64,000 nt of DNA. It comes from Bacillota bacterium (lineage in GTDB: Bacteria > Bacillota > UBA5301 > JAMCQP01). The position numbers were made by a program, and so were the translations under genes. The stretch covers positions 5,165 through 69,164 of the forward strand of contig JAMCQP010000083.1 of NCBI GenBank assembly GCA_023381695.1, in the 5' to 3' direction. Positions within the stretch are counted from its first letter, which is position 1. The number at the start of each line of letters is the position of its first letter. The notes beneath the pieces are model-generated. The model was given only the letters and a program-made list of their open reading frames with translations. It made no database searches and was not told where the DNA came from. This document shows positions 18,074 to 28,200 of the stretch, piece after piece.

Positions 18074-19834
18074 TCACCGCATGTAAGGAGCGTAGAGCAT
18101 CAGGGTGAGAAGGGTGTCGATCACCGCCAGAAAGGCCATCGTCGGCGGGATGGAGGCCAGCCGATTCTGGCCTCGGAGAAAGGCCACCCCGGCGGCCGCC
18201 AGGGCCACAAAAAACGCCGGGATCAGGTAAGAGGCCAGCGGCGTGGCCATCCAGCCGGGCATCATGGCCCGCACCGGAGGGGTGTAGATAAAATATTGCA
18301 TGCTCCAGAGCTTGGAAACCAGATAGACGGCCATGGCGACGCCCAGAACAATTCCCTGGTTCCTTTCCGCCCAGTTCAGGGCGAAGAAGTAGCAACCAAA
18401 GATCCAGATGAAGGTTGGCAACCAGGCGCCAACAATGTAAAAGAGCGCAAAAAAGATGGAAAACAGGTTGAGGAGCGAGTTTAACGCGGCGTTGGCAAAA
18501 TCGCCGCGGGCGAAGGAGTTCAGCGTGCGCTTGAAGCCGGCGGAGGTGGCCGCCATATTGATCTTGTACTGCCCAAAACCGGCGGTTTCCACCCAGCCGA
18601 GGTAGAATTCTTCCCCGCCGCGGATAATCCGTGGCTGAAACGAAGCTCCCGTGGCCTTGCTGGCCAGGCAGGCCTTTATGGGCTTTCCACCGGCAAAATC
18701 CACCACCACGATCTCCATCCCTGTTTTTGATCTGGTCTTGAAGACGTTGGCGGCCAGAGCGACCTTCAACACCTTGCCCTGCCCGCCGGCGGGGGAGGGA
18801 TTGGCGATGGATTTCACCACCATCTGGCTGGCCGTCTGTACCAGCCGCCAGTCGAAAGGCAATTTCGCGGGGGTCACTGCCGTGGCGGGCGGCCGGTCGA
18901 GCGGGAAGGAAAGGAAGAAGACGTTGGTTGCCGGGATGTACCGGCTGAAGGTCTCCTTGCCGAAGAATAGGTAGGCGTTCTTCTCATCCAGCCCGAGCTG
19001 GATATTTCCAAGGACGACGCTGCCGAGGGTGCTTATGGTGGAGACCCTGGCCACCTGAACCTCCTCTTTGGGCTCTTTGGGCTTTTCCTTGCGGGAGGAA
19101 CCGGCCTGGTCTTTGGGGGCCGGCCCGGTTACCGGCAGGCTGGCGTAGTAAAGATCGTAGTGGAAGAGCCCGCCCTTGGAAGCGGCGACCAGGTGAAGCC
19201 GCCCGCTCAAGTCGAACCTGGCGTCGAGGGATGCAACGGCCGGGATTTTGATGCCGGCGGCTTGTTCGAGGCGCGGCGCGTTGGTGTAAACGGAAACGCC
19301 GTTACCCGTGCCGATGAGAATGTAAGCCTTTTTGGCACGTGGATTGACCGCGGTGGCAAAAGCCGGGACGCCTGCCGCCAGGACCTCCCGTTGCTGCAAC
19401 TGGAGGTTGTTCAGATCGAGCAATCCCCGGTGGAGCATCCTGGTCTTGCCGTCGATCCAGAGGAGGTAGGACGGGTCGCCGGCGATGATCCGGGCGTTGC
19501 TTGCCAGGGGGAAAGGCAGTAGGGCGGTCTTCTTCAACTTGCCGTCCTTGCCCACCATCGCCACCTGCAGCCCCTCGCTCCGGGGCCAGGCCATGAGGAC
19601 GGTTCCGTCCGGGAGGAGATCGATGGCTACCTGGGTGTTGAGATCACCCATTCCCACCGTCAGGTGCTTGCTCCAGTCGGGGGAAGGGGGGGAGCCGGCG
19701 ATCTGAACCTCCTCCAGTAAGTGGTAACCCAGGATTGAGGCCATCATGACCAGCAGGGCCAGAATCCAGATCCGAAATTGACTCCCTCGGGGATCAAGGC
19801 TGGGGAACAAGGCCATCAACCACCTTTCTGGCAA
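18074..19834 (-). CDS. Hypothetical membrane protein (N-terminal TM anchor, beta-rich ectodomain of about 380 aa, C-terminal 4-5 TM bundle)
   Basis: Hydrophobicity pattern only; no family recognised. Confidence 0.6.
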   Translation of the reverse strand: MPERWLMALFPSLDPRGSQFRIWILALLVMMASILGYHLLEEVQIAGSPPSPDWSKHLTVGMGDLNTQVAIDLLPDGTVLMAWPRSEGLQVAMVGKDGKLKKTALLPFPLASNARIIAGDPSYLLWIDGKTRMLHRGLLDLNNLQLQQREVLAAGVPAFATAVNPRAKKAYILIGTGNGVSVYTNAPRLEQAAGIKIPAVASLDARFDLSGRLHLVAASKGGLFHYDLYYASLPVTGPAPKDQAGSSRKEKPKEPKEEVQVARVSTISTLGSVVLGNIQLGLDEKNAYLFFGKETFSRYIPATNVFFLSFPLDRPPATAVTPAKLPFDWRLVQTASQMVVKSIANPSPAGGQGKVLKVALAANVFKTRSKTGMEIVVVDFAGGKPIKACLASKATGASFQPRIIRGGEEFYLGWVETAGFGQYKINMAATSAGFKRTLNSFARGDFANAALNSLLNLFSIFFALFYIVGAWLPTFIWIFGCYFFALNWAERNQGIVLGVAMAVYLVSKLWSMQYFIYTPPVRAMMPGWMATPLASYLIPAFFVALAAAGVAFLRGQNRLASIPPTMAFLAVIDTLLTLMLYAPYMR

Positions 19835-19941
19835 CCTTTAACAATCCTCAATACTTATTATATAATTCGCGATTTCCCGGGGTATTCCTTGGAACTATTG
19901 CCCCGGCCGGTGAAAATGGATATAATTGAGCACAGGTGGGT

Positions 19942-19977
19942 ATTGCACGCGGTGGGGATGGATATTGCACGCGGTGG
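19942..19977. repeat. Two direct copies of ATTGCACGCGGTGG (19-mer TGGrTATTGCACGCGGTGG) spaced 22 bp, in the modB leader
   Basis: Read directly at 19942-19955 and 19964-19977. Confidence 0.5.
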
Positions 19978-20012
19978 AACCGATCAAGGCAACGGCGGAA
20001 GGTGCGGAGCTC

Positions 20013-20696
20013 ATGCCCGATCTTTTTCCTCTGTTTCTTTCATTCAAGGTGGCCACGCTGGCCACGGTAATCTCGCTGGCGCTGGGGATCGGGATTGCCT
20101 GGTTGCTGGCCCGGCGCCGGTTTCCGGGCAAAGATCTGCTGGACGCTCTGGTGACCTTGCCCATGGTCTTGCCGCCGACGGTCCTTGGTTATTATCTTCT
20201 GGTGATCATCGGGCGGCGGGGACCGATAGGCCGGCTTCTGGAAGAGACTTTCGGGATCACCCTGGTCTTCACGTGGCAGGCGGCGGTGATTGCGGCGGCG
20301 GTGGCGTCCGCTCCCCTGCTGATCAAAGCGGCCCGGGCCGCATTTGAAGGGGTGGATCGGCGCGTCGAGGACGCCGCCAGGACTCTCGGCCGGTCCGAAA
20401 TGGGCATCTTTTTGACGGTCACCGTCCCGCTGGCCTGGCGGGGGATCATGGCCGGAACGGTGCTGGCTTTTGCACGGGCTCTGGGGGATTTTGGGGCCAC
20501 CATCATGGTGGCGGGCAATATTCCCGGGAAGACCCAGACCATGCCGATTGCCGTCTATGATGCGGTGCTGGGGGATAACATGCCGCTGGCCAATCTTCTG
20601 GTGCTGGTTACCACCGTGGCGGCGGCGGCGGTCCTGATCGCCCTGAACCGGCTGGAGAGGTCGGCTTTTCAGCGGAACCGGCATGCGGGAGGGTGA
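20013..20696 (+). CDS. modB: Molybdate ABC transporter permease ModB
   Basis: ABC-2 permease EAA-type loop and ModB-like sequence throughout. RBS GGAAGGTG. Confidence 0.85.
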   Translation: MPDLFPLFLSFKVATLATVISLALGIGIAWLLARRRFPGKDLLDALVTLPMVLPPTVLGYYLLVIIGRRGPIGRLLEETFGITLVFTWQAAVIAAAVASAPLLIKAARAAFEGVDRRVEDAARTLGRSEMGIFLTVTVPLAWRGIMAGTVLAFARALGDFGATIMVAGNIPGKTQTMPIAVYDAVLGDNMPLANLLVLVTTVAAAAVLIALNRLERSAFQRNRHAGG

Positions 20697-21915
20697 TTCG
20701 ATGCGGGAAGTTGGCCTGATGCAGGAAGTTGACCCGATGCTGGAGGTTGACCTGGAAAAGCGCCTGGACGGTTTCCAGCTTGCCGCGAAATTCCGGGCCG
20801 ACGCCCCTCTGGTGGCTTTATTCGGCCCATCTGGCTCCGGGAAGAGCCTCACCTTGCAGTGCATCGCCGGCCTGGTGCGGCCGGACCGGGGGCGCGTGGC
20901 GCTGGACGGCCGGGTGCTCCATGACAGCCGGCAAGGGGTCGATCTCCCTCCCCAGCGGCGGCGGATCGGTTATGTCTTCCAAAATTACGCGCTCTTTCCA
21001 CACCTTACCGTGGAACAGAATATCTGTTACGGCATCCACCGGCTTCCTCCCGGCGAAAAGCGGGAGAAGACGGGGATGCTGATGAAGCTCATGCGTCTGA
21101 ACGGCCTGGGCGACCGGTTTCCCGGCGAGCTTTCCGGCGGACAGCAGCAACGGGTGGCTATCGCGCGGGCGCTGGCGGTGGAGCCGCGGCTTCTCTTGTT
21201 GGACGAGCCTTTTTCGGCCCTGGACAGTGCGATCCGGGGCAAGCTGCACCGGGAACTCCTGCAGATCCGGGAGGAACTGGGGGTGGGGATGCTCCTGGTG
21301 ACGCACAACCTGGAAGAGGCCTACACTCTCAGCCGGGAAATGGTGGTCTATGACGCCGGAAAGGTGCTCCAGGCCGGCAGCCGGGAGGAGATCCTGCGCC
21401 GTCCCGCCAGCCGGACGGTGGCCCGGTTTACCGGCGCCAAGAATATCTTCACGGCGGTGGTGGACGAGGTTGTAACGCCCGGGTCCCCGGGCGGGACCGA
21501 AGGTTTCCTTACCCTCAATGAGGGGCATTTTTCGGTACATGCGCCCTATTATCCTTACCGGGTGGGGGATACCGTTGCCTTTTGCATCCGGCCGGAGGAG
21601 ATTATTCTGGTTCCGGCCGGGGAAGGCAAGCCGCCGGTCGGGGAAGGCCAGCTGCCCCAAGCGGATCGCCCGGCCGCAGAAAACCAGTTGGTTGGGGAAA
21701 ACCGGCTGGCCGGCCGGATTACGGGGGAGATCGCCCGCGGCAGCGCTTATACCCTTTTTTTCGCCCTCCAGAACGGGCTTTTCGGCCCCGGTGGCTATGA
21801 CCTGCAAATTGAAATTCCCTTTCATACTTATCACGAACTTGGCCTGGAGGAATTGAAGGATGGAGTGGCGTGGTTGCCCAGGCAGGCGGTTTATGTGATC
21901 GGGGGAGAGCCATGA
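20683..21915 (+). CDS. modC: Molybdate ABC transporter ATP-binding protein ModC with C-terminal TOBE/MOP domain
   Basis: Walker A (GPSGSGKS), ABC signature (LSGGQQQRVAIARAL), Walker B (LLLDEP) and a C-terminal MOP-like region carrying a low-complexity insert. Confidence 0.85.
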   Translation: MREGDSMREVGLMQEVDPMLEVDLEKRLDGFQLAAKFRADAPLVALFGPSGSGKSLTLQCIAGLVRPDRGRVALDGRVLHDSRQGVDLPPQRRRIGYVFQNYALFPHLTVEQNICYGIHRLPPGEKREKTGMLMKLMRLNGLGDRFPGELSGGQQQRVAIARALAVEPRLLLLDEPFSALDSAIRGKLHRELLQIREELGVGMLLVTHNLEEAYTLSREMVVYDAGKVLQAGSREEILRRPASRTVARFTGAKNIFTAVVDEVVTPGSPGGTEGFLTLNEGHFSVHAPYYPYRVGDTVAFCIRPEEIILVPAGEGKPPVGEGQLPQADRPAAENQLVGENRLAGRITGEIARGSAYTLFFALQNGLFGPGGYDLQIEIPFHTYHELGLEELKDGVAWLPRQAVYVIGGEP

Positions 21916-22538
21916 ATGCTGTAATACTGGCCGGGGGCCGCAATTCGCGGATCCAGACCAATAAGGCGCTGCTTCCAATCGGCGGGGTTCCGATTATCGA
22001 GCGCGGCATTGCGGTTTTAGGCCGGCTCTTTGACCAGATCCTCATCGTTACCAATAATTTTGCGGCATATGAGCACCTCGGCCTGAGGATGGCGGCGGAT
22101 GTCATTCCGGGGGAGGGCCCGTTAAGCGGCATTCATGCGGGCCTGACCGCCTCAGCTTCCTATTACAACTTCTTTGTGGCCTGCGATCTACCCTTTCTCG
22201 ATGAAAGGATCATCAGGCCGTTGATGGCGGCGGCGACCGATCCGGATGTGATCGTCCCAAGTTGGGCGGCCGGCCTTGAACCGATGCACGCCATTTACTC
22301 CAGGCGTTGCGTGCAGCCCATAGAAAGGACGCTTGCCCGGGGCCGGCACCGGGTGGTGGACTTCTACCCCGAGGTGAAGGTGGAGACGGTGGATGTCTCC
22401 CTCCTGAGCGCCGAGCTGGATCTGGGGATGTGCTTCATGAATGTCAACACCCGGGCGGACCTGGAGACGGCCGAGCAACTGGCGGCGCTTCAGGAACAAA
22501 CGCTCCAGGAACGGATCAGAAGGGGAGGAAGACGGTGA
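21912..22538 (+). CDS. mobA: Molybdenum cofactor guanylyltransferase MobA
   Basis: The N-terminus AVILAGGRNSRIQTNKALLP is MobA-like. ATGA overlap with the modC stop. Confidence 0.8.
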   Translation: MNAVILAGGRNSRIQTNKALLPIGGVPIIERGIAVLGRLFDQILIVTNNFAAYEHLGLRMAADVIPGEGPLSGIHAGLTASASYYNFFVACDLPFLDERIIRPLMAAATDPDVIVPSWAAGLEPMHAIYSRRCVQPIERTLARGRHRVVDFYPEVKVETVDVSLLSAELDLGMCFMNVNTRADLETAEQLAALQEQTLQERIRRGGRR

Positions 22539-23098
22539 AGACGGTGAAAGCGATGAAGGCGAGGACGGCGGCACGGACGGCTCCGGCGCCGGTGAAACAT
22601 GCCCCCGTCATATCCTTTGTGGGCCGGTCCAACAGCGGCAAGACCACCCTTTTGGAGCGAATCATTCCCGAGCTGCGAGGGCGAGGTTTGCGGATCGCCA
22701 CCATCAAGCACGATGTCCATTCCTACGAGACGGACTGCCCGGGAAAGGACACCTGGAAGCATGCCCGGGCGGGGGCGGAGGTGGTGGTGCTCGCGGCGCC
22801 CGACCGGCTGACCAGTTTCCGGGCGCTGGACAGGGAGTGGAGCCTCGATGAGATTGCCTCAACCATCAGCGGGGTGGATCTGATCATCACGGAGGGCTAT
22901 AAGAGGGCGGATAAGCCCAAGATTGAGGTCTGGCGCGGCGATGAGGAGAAGAAACCCCTCTGCGGGCCGGCGGACCGGCTGATTGCCATTGCCAGCGACC
23001 GGCCGAGGCCGGGATTTGGCGTGCCCTGGTTTGATCTCGGGCAGCCCGCGGCCCTGGCGGACTTCATCTCGCAAGAGCTAAAGGCTGGAAGGCTGTGA
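22535..23098 (+). CDS. mobB: Molybdopterin-guanine dinucleotide biosynthesis adapter MobB
   Basis: P-loop FVGRSNSGKTTLLERI. GTGA overlap with the mobA stop. The start is uncertain; alternatives are GTG 22544 and ATG 22553. Confidence 0.75.
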   Translation: MKTVKAMKARTAARTAPAPVKHAPVISFVGRSNSGKTTLLERIIPELRGRGLRIATIKHDVHSYETDCPGKDTWKHARAGAEVVVLAAPDRLTSFRALDREWSLDEIASTISGVDLIITEGYKRADKPKIEVWRGDEEKKPLCGPADRLIAIASDRPRPGFGVPWFDLGQPAALADFISQELKAGRL

Positions 23099-23167
23099 GT
23101 TGGTTTGGCTGGTTTGTGAGAATTTACGTTAGGGGATTTTGGGGCTCCGGAATGCAGTTTTTGGGGG

Positions 23168-23980
23168 GTGAAAGATATGAAGGTGGGGATTCTTCAATTT
23201 ACCCCGATTTTCGGGCAGGTACCAGGAAATATTTTCACAGTACAGAAGACTATCAGCCAGATTCAAGCAGATCTCGTGGTTTTGCCGGAATTATTCAACA
23301 CTGGCTATCAGTTTGTGACCAAGGAAGAAGTCGGTGAGCTTGCTGAGCCCGTTCCGAATGGATTTACCACGCAGCGCCTGGTGGAGATGGCCCAGAAAAA
23401 TGGGCTCTTTATCGTGGCTGGCCTGGCGGAACGGGACGGGGATCGGGTCTACAATTCCGCCGTGCTGGTGGGCCCGCGGGGTTTTGTGGGCGTCTACCGC
23501 AAGGCGCACCTCTTCTACGAGGAGAAGCTCTGGTTCGATCCAGGCGACGGCGAATTCCCGGTATTCGACATCGGCCCGGCGAAGATCGGCCTGATGATCT
23601 GCTTCGACTGGATCTTCCCCGAGGTCTCGCGCATCCTCGCCTTGCAGGGCGCCCAGGTCATTTGCCAGCCCGCCAACCTGGTTCTGCCCTACTGCCAGGG
23701 GGCCATGGTCACCAGGGCCATCGAAAACCGGGTCTTCACCGTCACCGCCAACCGGGTGGGGAACGAGCACCGGCAGGCCGATGAGGAGCTCCGGTTTACC
23801 GGGATGAGCCAGGTGGTGGATCCGAAAGGGCAGGTACTCTTCCGGCTTGGCGAAACCGAGGAAGCATTGCGGGTCGTCGAGATCGATCCCGCCCTTGCTC
23901 TGGATAAGAAAGCCACAAAATACAACCATGTCTTTGACGACCGCCGGGTGGATCTGTACGGGCGGCTGCGGCAAAGATAG
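23168..23980 (+). CDS. Carbon-nitrogen hydrolase family protein (nitrilase/amidase superfamily)
   Basis: Glu-Lys-Cys triad context (VLPELFNTGY, Y-R-K motif, MICFD). Confidence 0.8.
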   Translation: MKDMKVGILQFTPIFGQVPGNIFTVQKTISQIQADLVVLPELFNTGYQFVTKEEVGELAEPVPNGFTTQRLVEMAQKNGLFIVAGLAERDGDRVYNSAVLVGPRGFVGVYRKAHLFYEEKLWFDPGDGEFPVFDIGPAKIGLMICFDWIFPEVSRILALQGAQVICQPANLVLPYCQGAMVTRAIENRVFTVTANRVGNEHRQADEELRFTGMSQVVDPKGQVLFRLGETEEALRVVEIDPALALDKKATKYNHVFDDRRVDLYGRLRQR

Positions 23981-23992
23981 GCTGTCATAAAC

Positions 23993-24277
23993 ATGAACAT
24001 AGGTATCAAGGGCCAAATTGAAATTTCCAATGAGGACATAGTTGCAGCTTACAAGATCTTCTTCGATTCCTTTCCCAACCTGACCTTGATGGACGTTGGC
24101 AAAAAAGTCGCGGAAGATGCGGCCTCAATTAGCGCCATGTACAGGCTGGCCACCCCCGACGCAATACATATCGCTTCAGCCATGAGCCAGGGGGCAACCG
24201 CCTTCGTCACCAACGATCTCCGCCTCAAGAAGGTGGGTGGGGTGCGTATTTTGGCCTTTGATGATTTTGTTGAATAA
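23993..24277 (+). pseudogene. PIN-domain (VapC-like) C-terminal fragment, probable gene remnant
   Basis: Only the C-terminal PIN motifs are present (TPDAIHIASAMSQGATAFVTND). The frame is closed 12 nt upstream by the hydrolase stop codon, so the N-terminal catalytic Asp region is absent. The region is about 50% GC. Confidence 0.5.
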
Positions 24278-24312
24278 TTGGATCCTTATTTCTTTCGGAA
24301 CAGGATTGAGCG

Positions 24313-24900
24313 ATGAAGACAGTTGACCTTGTGCTGGCCTACGGGTTGCCCGCTGTATTTGCCGGGCTCGTGCTGGAATTTTTCGGGTTGCCGGTTCCCG
24401 GCGAAGAAGTCCTGCTCTTTGCCGGCGGCCTTGCCGCCACCGGGCGGCCGGGGTTGCTGCCCCTGATTCTGTTTGCCACGGCCGGCTCATTTGCCGGGTA
24501 CTGGCTGGCCTATGAGATTGGGAAACGCGTTGGGATTGAGCGTTTGATCAGATACGGGCGGTACGTCCGCATCAAGGAGGCGGAGTGGCACAAGGCCCAA
24601 TCCCTCTACGACCGCTACAGTGTGCCCCTGCTCCTGGGGAGCCGGTATATCATCGGTGTTCGACACCTTACTCCCTACCTGGCCGGTCTGGCCAACCTGC
24701 CCACCTTCAAGTTTCTTATGTATGACCTGGTGGGGTCGGTCCTATGGACGATTCCGTTGATTCTGATCGGAAGAAGTGTGGGCGCTCACTGGCGCGAGGC
24801 CGTCGGACTGCTCCACCGCTTTGGCCTGTTGGCGGCCGCCGGGTTGATGGTTCTAATCATGGCCTATCTGGTTTACCGGCGGCTGAAAGCAAAACGATAA
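24313..24900 (+). CDS. DedA family membrane protein
   Basis: Typical DedA / SNARE-associated motif region (LEFFGLPVPGEEVLLFAG). Confidence 0.8.
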   Translation: MKTVDLVLAYGLPAVFAGLVLEFFGLPVPGEEVLLFAGGLAATGRPGLLPLILFATAGSFAGYWLAYEIGKRVGIERLIRYGRYVRIKEAEWHKAQSLYDRYSVPLLLGSRYIIGVRHLTPYLAGLANLPTFKFLMYDLVGSVLWTIPLILIGRSVGAHWREAVGLLHRFGLLAAAGLMVLIMAYLVYRRLKAKR

Positions 24901-24926
24901 GACGGGAGGAGACGTCGTTTCATCTA

Positions 24927-24954
24927 TTGCTTATCCCCATAATTTTGATATAAT
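24927..24954 (+). promoter_or_regulatory. Putative sigma-A promoter (TTGCTT, 16-nt spacer, TATAAT) for the amylopullulanase-like gene
   Basis: Hexamers read directly. It is followed by a leader of about 265 nt. Confidence 0.4.
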
Positions 24955-25051
24955 GGAATCACAACCCAGGACAGGGGATGCTGGAGGAGGTTCAGACAGC
25001 AAATCTATATTAAAGTGCGCCGGACTAAAAAGTGGATAACATGCTAAGTTG

Positions 25052-25065
25052 TGCAAACGATTGCT
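25052..25065. promoter_or_regulatory. LacI/CcpA-type operator-like palindrome TGCAAACGATTGCT (cre-like)
   Basis: A near-perfect GCAAACG/ATTGC palindrome about 95 nt downstream of the putative -10 and upstream of the amylase-like gene. Confidence 0.4.
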
Positions 25066-25218
25066 CAAATTAAGTTTGGCGATGGGTTGACGATAGGCTG
25101 CGGTCTTCCCCGTGTTTCCGGTCATGGAGGAACCGATTGGCCAAAACTGCGTTTCTTAGAAGGGGGTGGCAAACAAAGGTCAGGGCTTTTACAGAAAAAG
25201 ATTGGGGGAGGAGAAGAG

Positions 25219-28200
25219 ATGAACAGTTTTGCCACACATGCGGGCCGGCGCTGCCTCAATTCCCTGGGGCGCCGCAATTCCCTGGCGCTGATGCTGGCGA
25301 TCCTTCTGGCGGCGGCCTTGCCAATTTTACCACTGCCCGCCGCCGGAGCAGCCCAGGCGGCTTCTATCCATGCGGTCTTGGCCGGCAACCTGCAGACCGA
25401 GCTGGGGGCGCCCGGCGACTGGGATCCTGCCAACAACACCACCCTGATGAAAGATCCCAATGCCGACGGGATCTACACCTTTATGGGGTTTGTCCCGGCC
25501 GGCAACTGGGAGTACAAGGTGGCCTTAAACGGGAACTGGACGGAATCGTATCCGGCCAGTAACGTGACGCTGAGCGTTCCGGCGGGCGGGCTCACAGTTA
25601 CCTTCCGTTACAACGCGGCCACGCATGCCGTGGAGGATTCGGTCAACAACCCCGGCCTTCTGGCGGTGGTGGCCGGCTCCTTCCAGAGCGAACTGGGCGC
25701 GGCCGGCGATTGGAACCCGGCGGACACCACCACCCGCCTATCCGATCCGGACGGCGACGGGCTCTACACCTTCACCGCCAACATCCCCGCCGGCGCCTGG
25801 GAGTACAAGGTGGCCCTGGGCGGCGCCTGGAACGAATCCTACCCGGGAATGAACCGGATCTTGACCGTGCCGGCCGGCGGCCGCCAGGTCACTTTCCTCT
25901 ATTTTAGTAAATCCCATGTAGTCAAGGATTCGTTCAACGACCCGGATGTGGTCACGGCGGTGGTGGCCAGCGACGTCCAGCAGGAACTGGGCGCGGCCAG
26001 CGACTGGAACCCCGCGGACATGACCACCCAGATGACCGACAGCGACGGGGACGGCGTCTACACCTACCAGGCGGACCTGCCGAAGGGAAGCTGGCAGTAC
26101 AAGGTGGCTCTCCACGGCGCCTGGAGCGAGTCCTATCCTGGTTCAAACGTGGTGCTGAACGTCCCGGCGGACGGGACCATGGTGATCTTTACATACGACG
26201 CGAAGACCCATGTGGTCAAGGATTCCATCAACAACCCGGCGGTGGCCTCTCACGACAACGATATCTGGTGGAACGAGCTCAAGCATGACAGCCGCCAGGC
26301 TCTCTACCGGTCGCCCTTCGGGGCGGTCCCGACCGGGCAGCCGGTGACGCTCAGGGTTCAGACTGCCAGAGGGGATCTCACCGGCGCGCAGGTCCGGGTC
26401 TGGGACCAGATCCAGGCGCGCGAGGAGATCTATTCGATGCAGCCGGCCGGCACCGATCCAGACGGGCGGTTCGACTACTGGCAGGCGGTGATCCCGGCGC
26501 GCACCCAGCCCACCATCCTCTGGTACCGTTTCACCCTGGTGGACGGCACCAGACGGGCCTACTACGGCGACGACAGCAGCCGGGACGGCGGTGTGGGCGC
26601 GGTGACCGACTATCCAACGGATTATGACTACCAGATCACCGTCTACCAGGCCGGATTCACCACCCCGAACTGGATGAAGAATTCGGTGGTCTACCAGATC
26701 TTCCCGGACCGGTTTAACAACGGGGATCCCACCAACGATCCCAAACCGTCGGATCCCGATGTGCACGGGTGGCCGGTGGTCTTCAAGCAGTGGAATGATC
26801 TCCCGGAGCAGCCGCCGCATGGGCGGGACTTCTTCGGCGGCGACCTTGAGGGGGTCATAAGCAAGCTGGACTACCTGCAGAGCCTGGGGATCAAGGCGAT
26901 CTACTTCAACCCCATCTTCCAGGCGGCTTCCAACCACCTCTACGATACGACCGATTACAAGACCATTGATCCTTACTTCGGCGATCTGGCCACCTTTCAG
27001 CGCCTGGCGGCGGAGGCCGGCAAACGCGGCATCCGGCTGATCCTGGACGGGGTCTTCAACCATACCGGCAGCGACAGCCTGTACTTTGACAAGTACAGCC
27101 GCTACAATACCCTGGGGGCCTACGAGTCGCAGAGTTCGCCGTACTTTGACTGGTATACTTTCCGGCTCTGGCCCAACGACTACGAGAGCTGGTGGAACTT
27201 CGACACGCTGCCCAAGCTGCGCACCGACAACCCGGCGGTCCAGAACTTCATCTTCGGCGCGCCGGACAGCGTGGCCAGATACTGGCTGAATCAAGGATCG
27301 AACGGCTGGCGGCTGGATGTGGCCAACGAGGTGGCACATCCCTTCTGGCAGAAATTCCGGCCGGCGGTGAAGGCTACGCAACCCGACGCGGTGATCATCG
27401 GCGAGTTGTGGGAGGATGCTTCATCGTGGCTTCTGGGCGACGAATTCGACAGCACCATGAACTACCGCTTCCGCAACGCGGTGCTGGGCTTCTTTGCCGA
27501 CGGGACGCTGGATGCGGGGGCCTTCAACAACACCCTGGAGGCCATCCGGGAGGATTACCCGGCGGAGGCGTTCTACGCCGCCATGAACCTGGTGGATTCC
27601 CATGACACGGCGCGGATCCTCCGGCAGTTGCACGAGGACAAGGCTTTGTTGAAGCTGGTGGCGATCTTCCAGATGACCTATCCGGGGGCGCCCACCATCT
27701 ATTATGGCGATGAGGCGGGGATTACCGGCGGATCGGATCCGGATTCCCGGCGGACCTTCCCCTGGGGGGGGCGAGGACCAGGACCTTCTGGCCCACTATC
27801 AGAAGCTCGTCGCGCTCCGCAACGCCAACCCGGTCTTGCGGACAGGCAGCATTGAGCCCCTGCTGGCGGACAGCGCCAACGGGTATTACGTCTTCGGGCG
27901 CAAGGATGCGCAGAATGCCGCGGTGGTGCTGATCAACAACGGCGCCGCTGCTGGCGCAATCACGGTGAAGGTGGACGGACTCATCCCGGACGGCACGGTG
28001 CTCATCGACCAGTTGAACGGTGGCGCGGCCTATACCGTAACCGGTGGCCAGGTCGTGGTAAATGTCCCGGCCAAATGGGGCAGCGTGCTCATCACCCAGC
28101 CCGGACAGGATCTCCTGGCTCCGGCGGCACCAGTGGGGCTTGCCGCCACGGCCGGCAAGAGCCAGGTGAATCTGACCTGGACTGCAAACTCCGAACCTGA

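Noticed and set aside
19870-20012. Molybdenum-cofactor (Moco) riboswitch in the modB leader
   Set aside because: The leader length is compatible, but I cannot recognise the conserved Moco motif elements by eye. Perfect 14-bp DNA direct repeats are more typical of protein operators than of a structured riboswitch. A covariance-model search would settle it.
20818-21978. 386-aa minus-strand ORF overlapping modC/mobA, and similar antisense ORFs (26143..27381 in the amylase gene, 32614..33663 in the sigma-54 activator gene, 60103..61536 in the second SBP gene)
   Set aside because: All are antisense to genes with clear family motifs, show low-complexity Arg/Pro/Gly composition, and lack RBS-supported starts. 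They are treated as GC-driven artefacts.
22441-22851. Alternative-frame ORF encoding an acidic EDGEDGESDEGEDGG peptide across the mobA/mobB junction
   Set aside because: It arises from the 9-bp-periodic GAAGACGGT repeat read in another frame and overlaps two well-supported genes.
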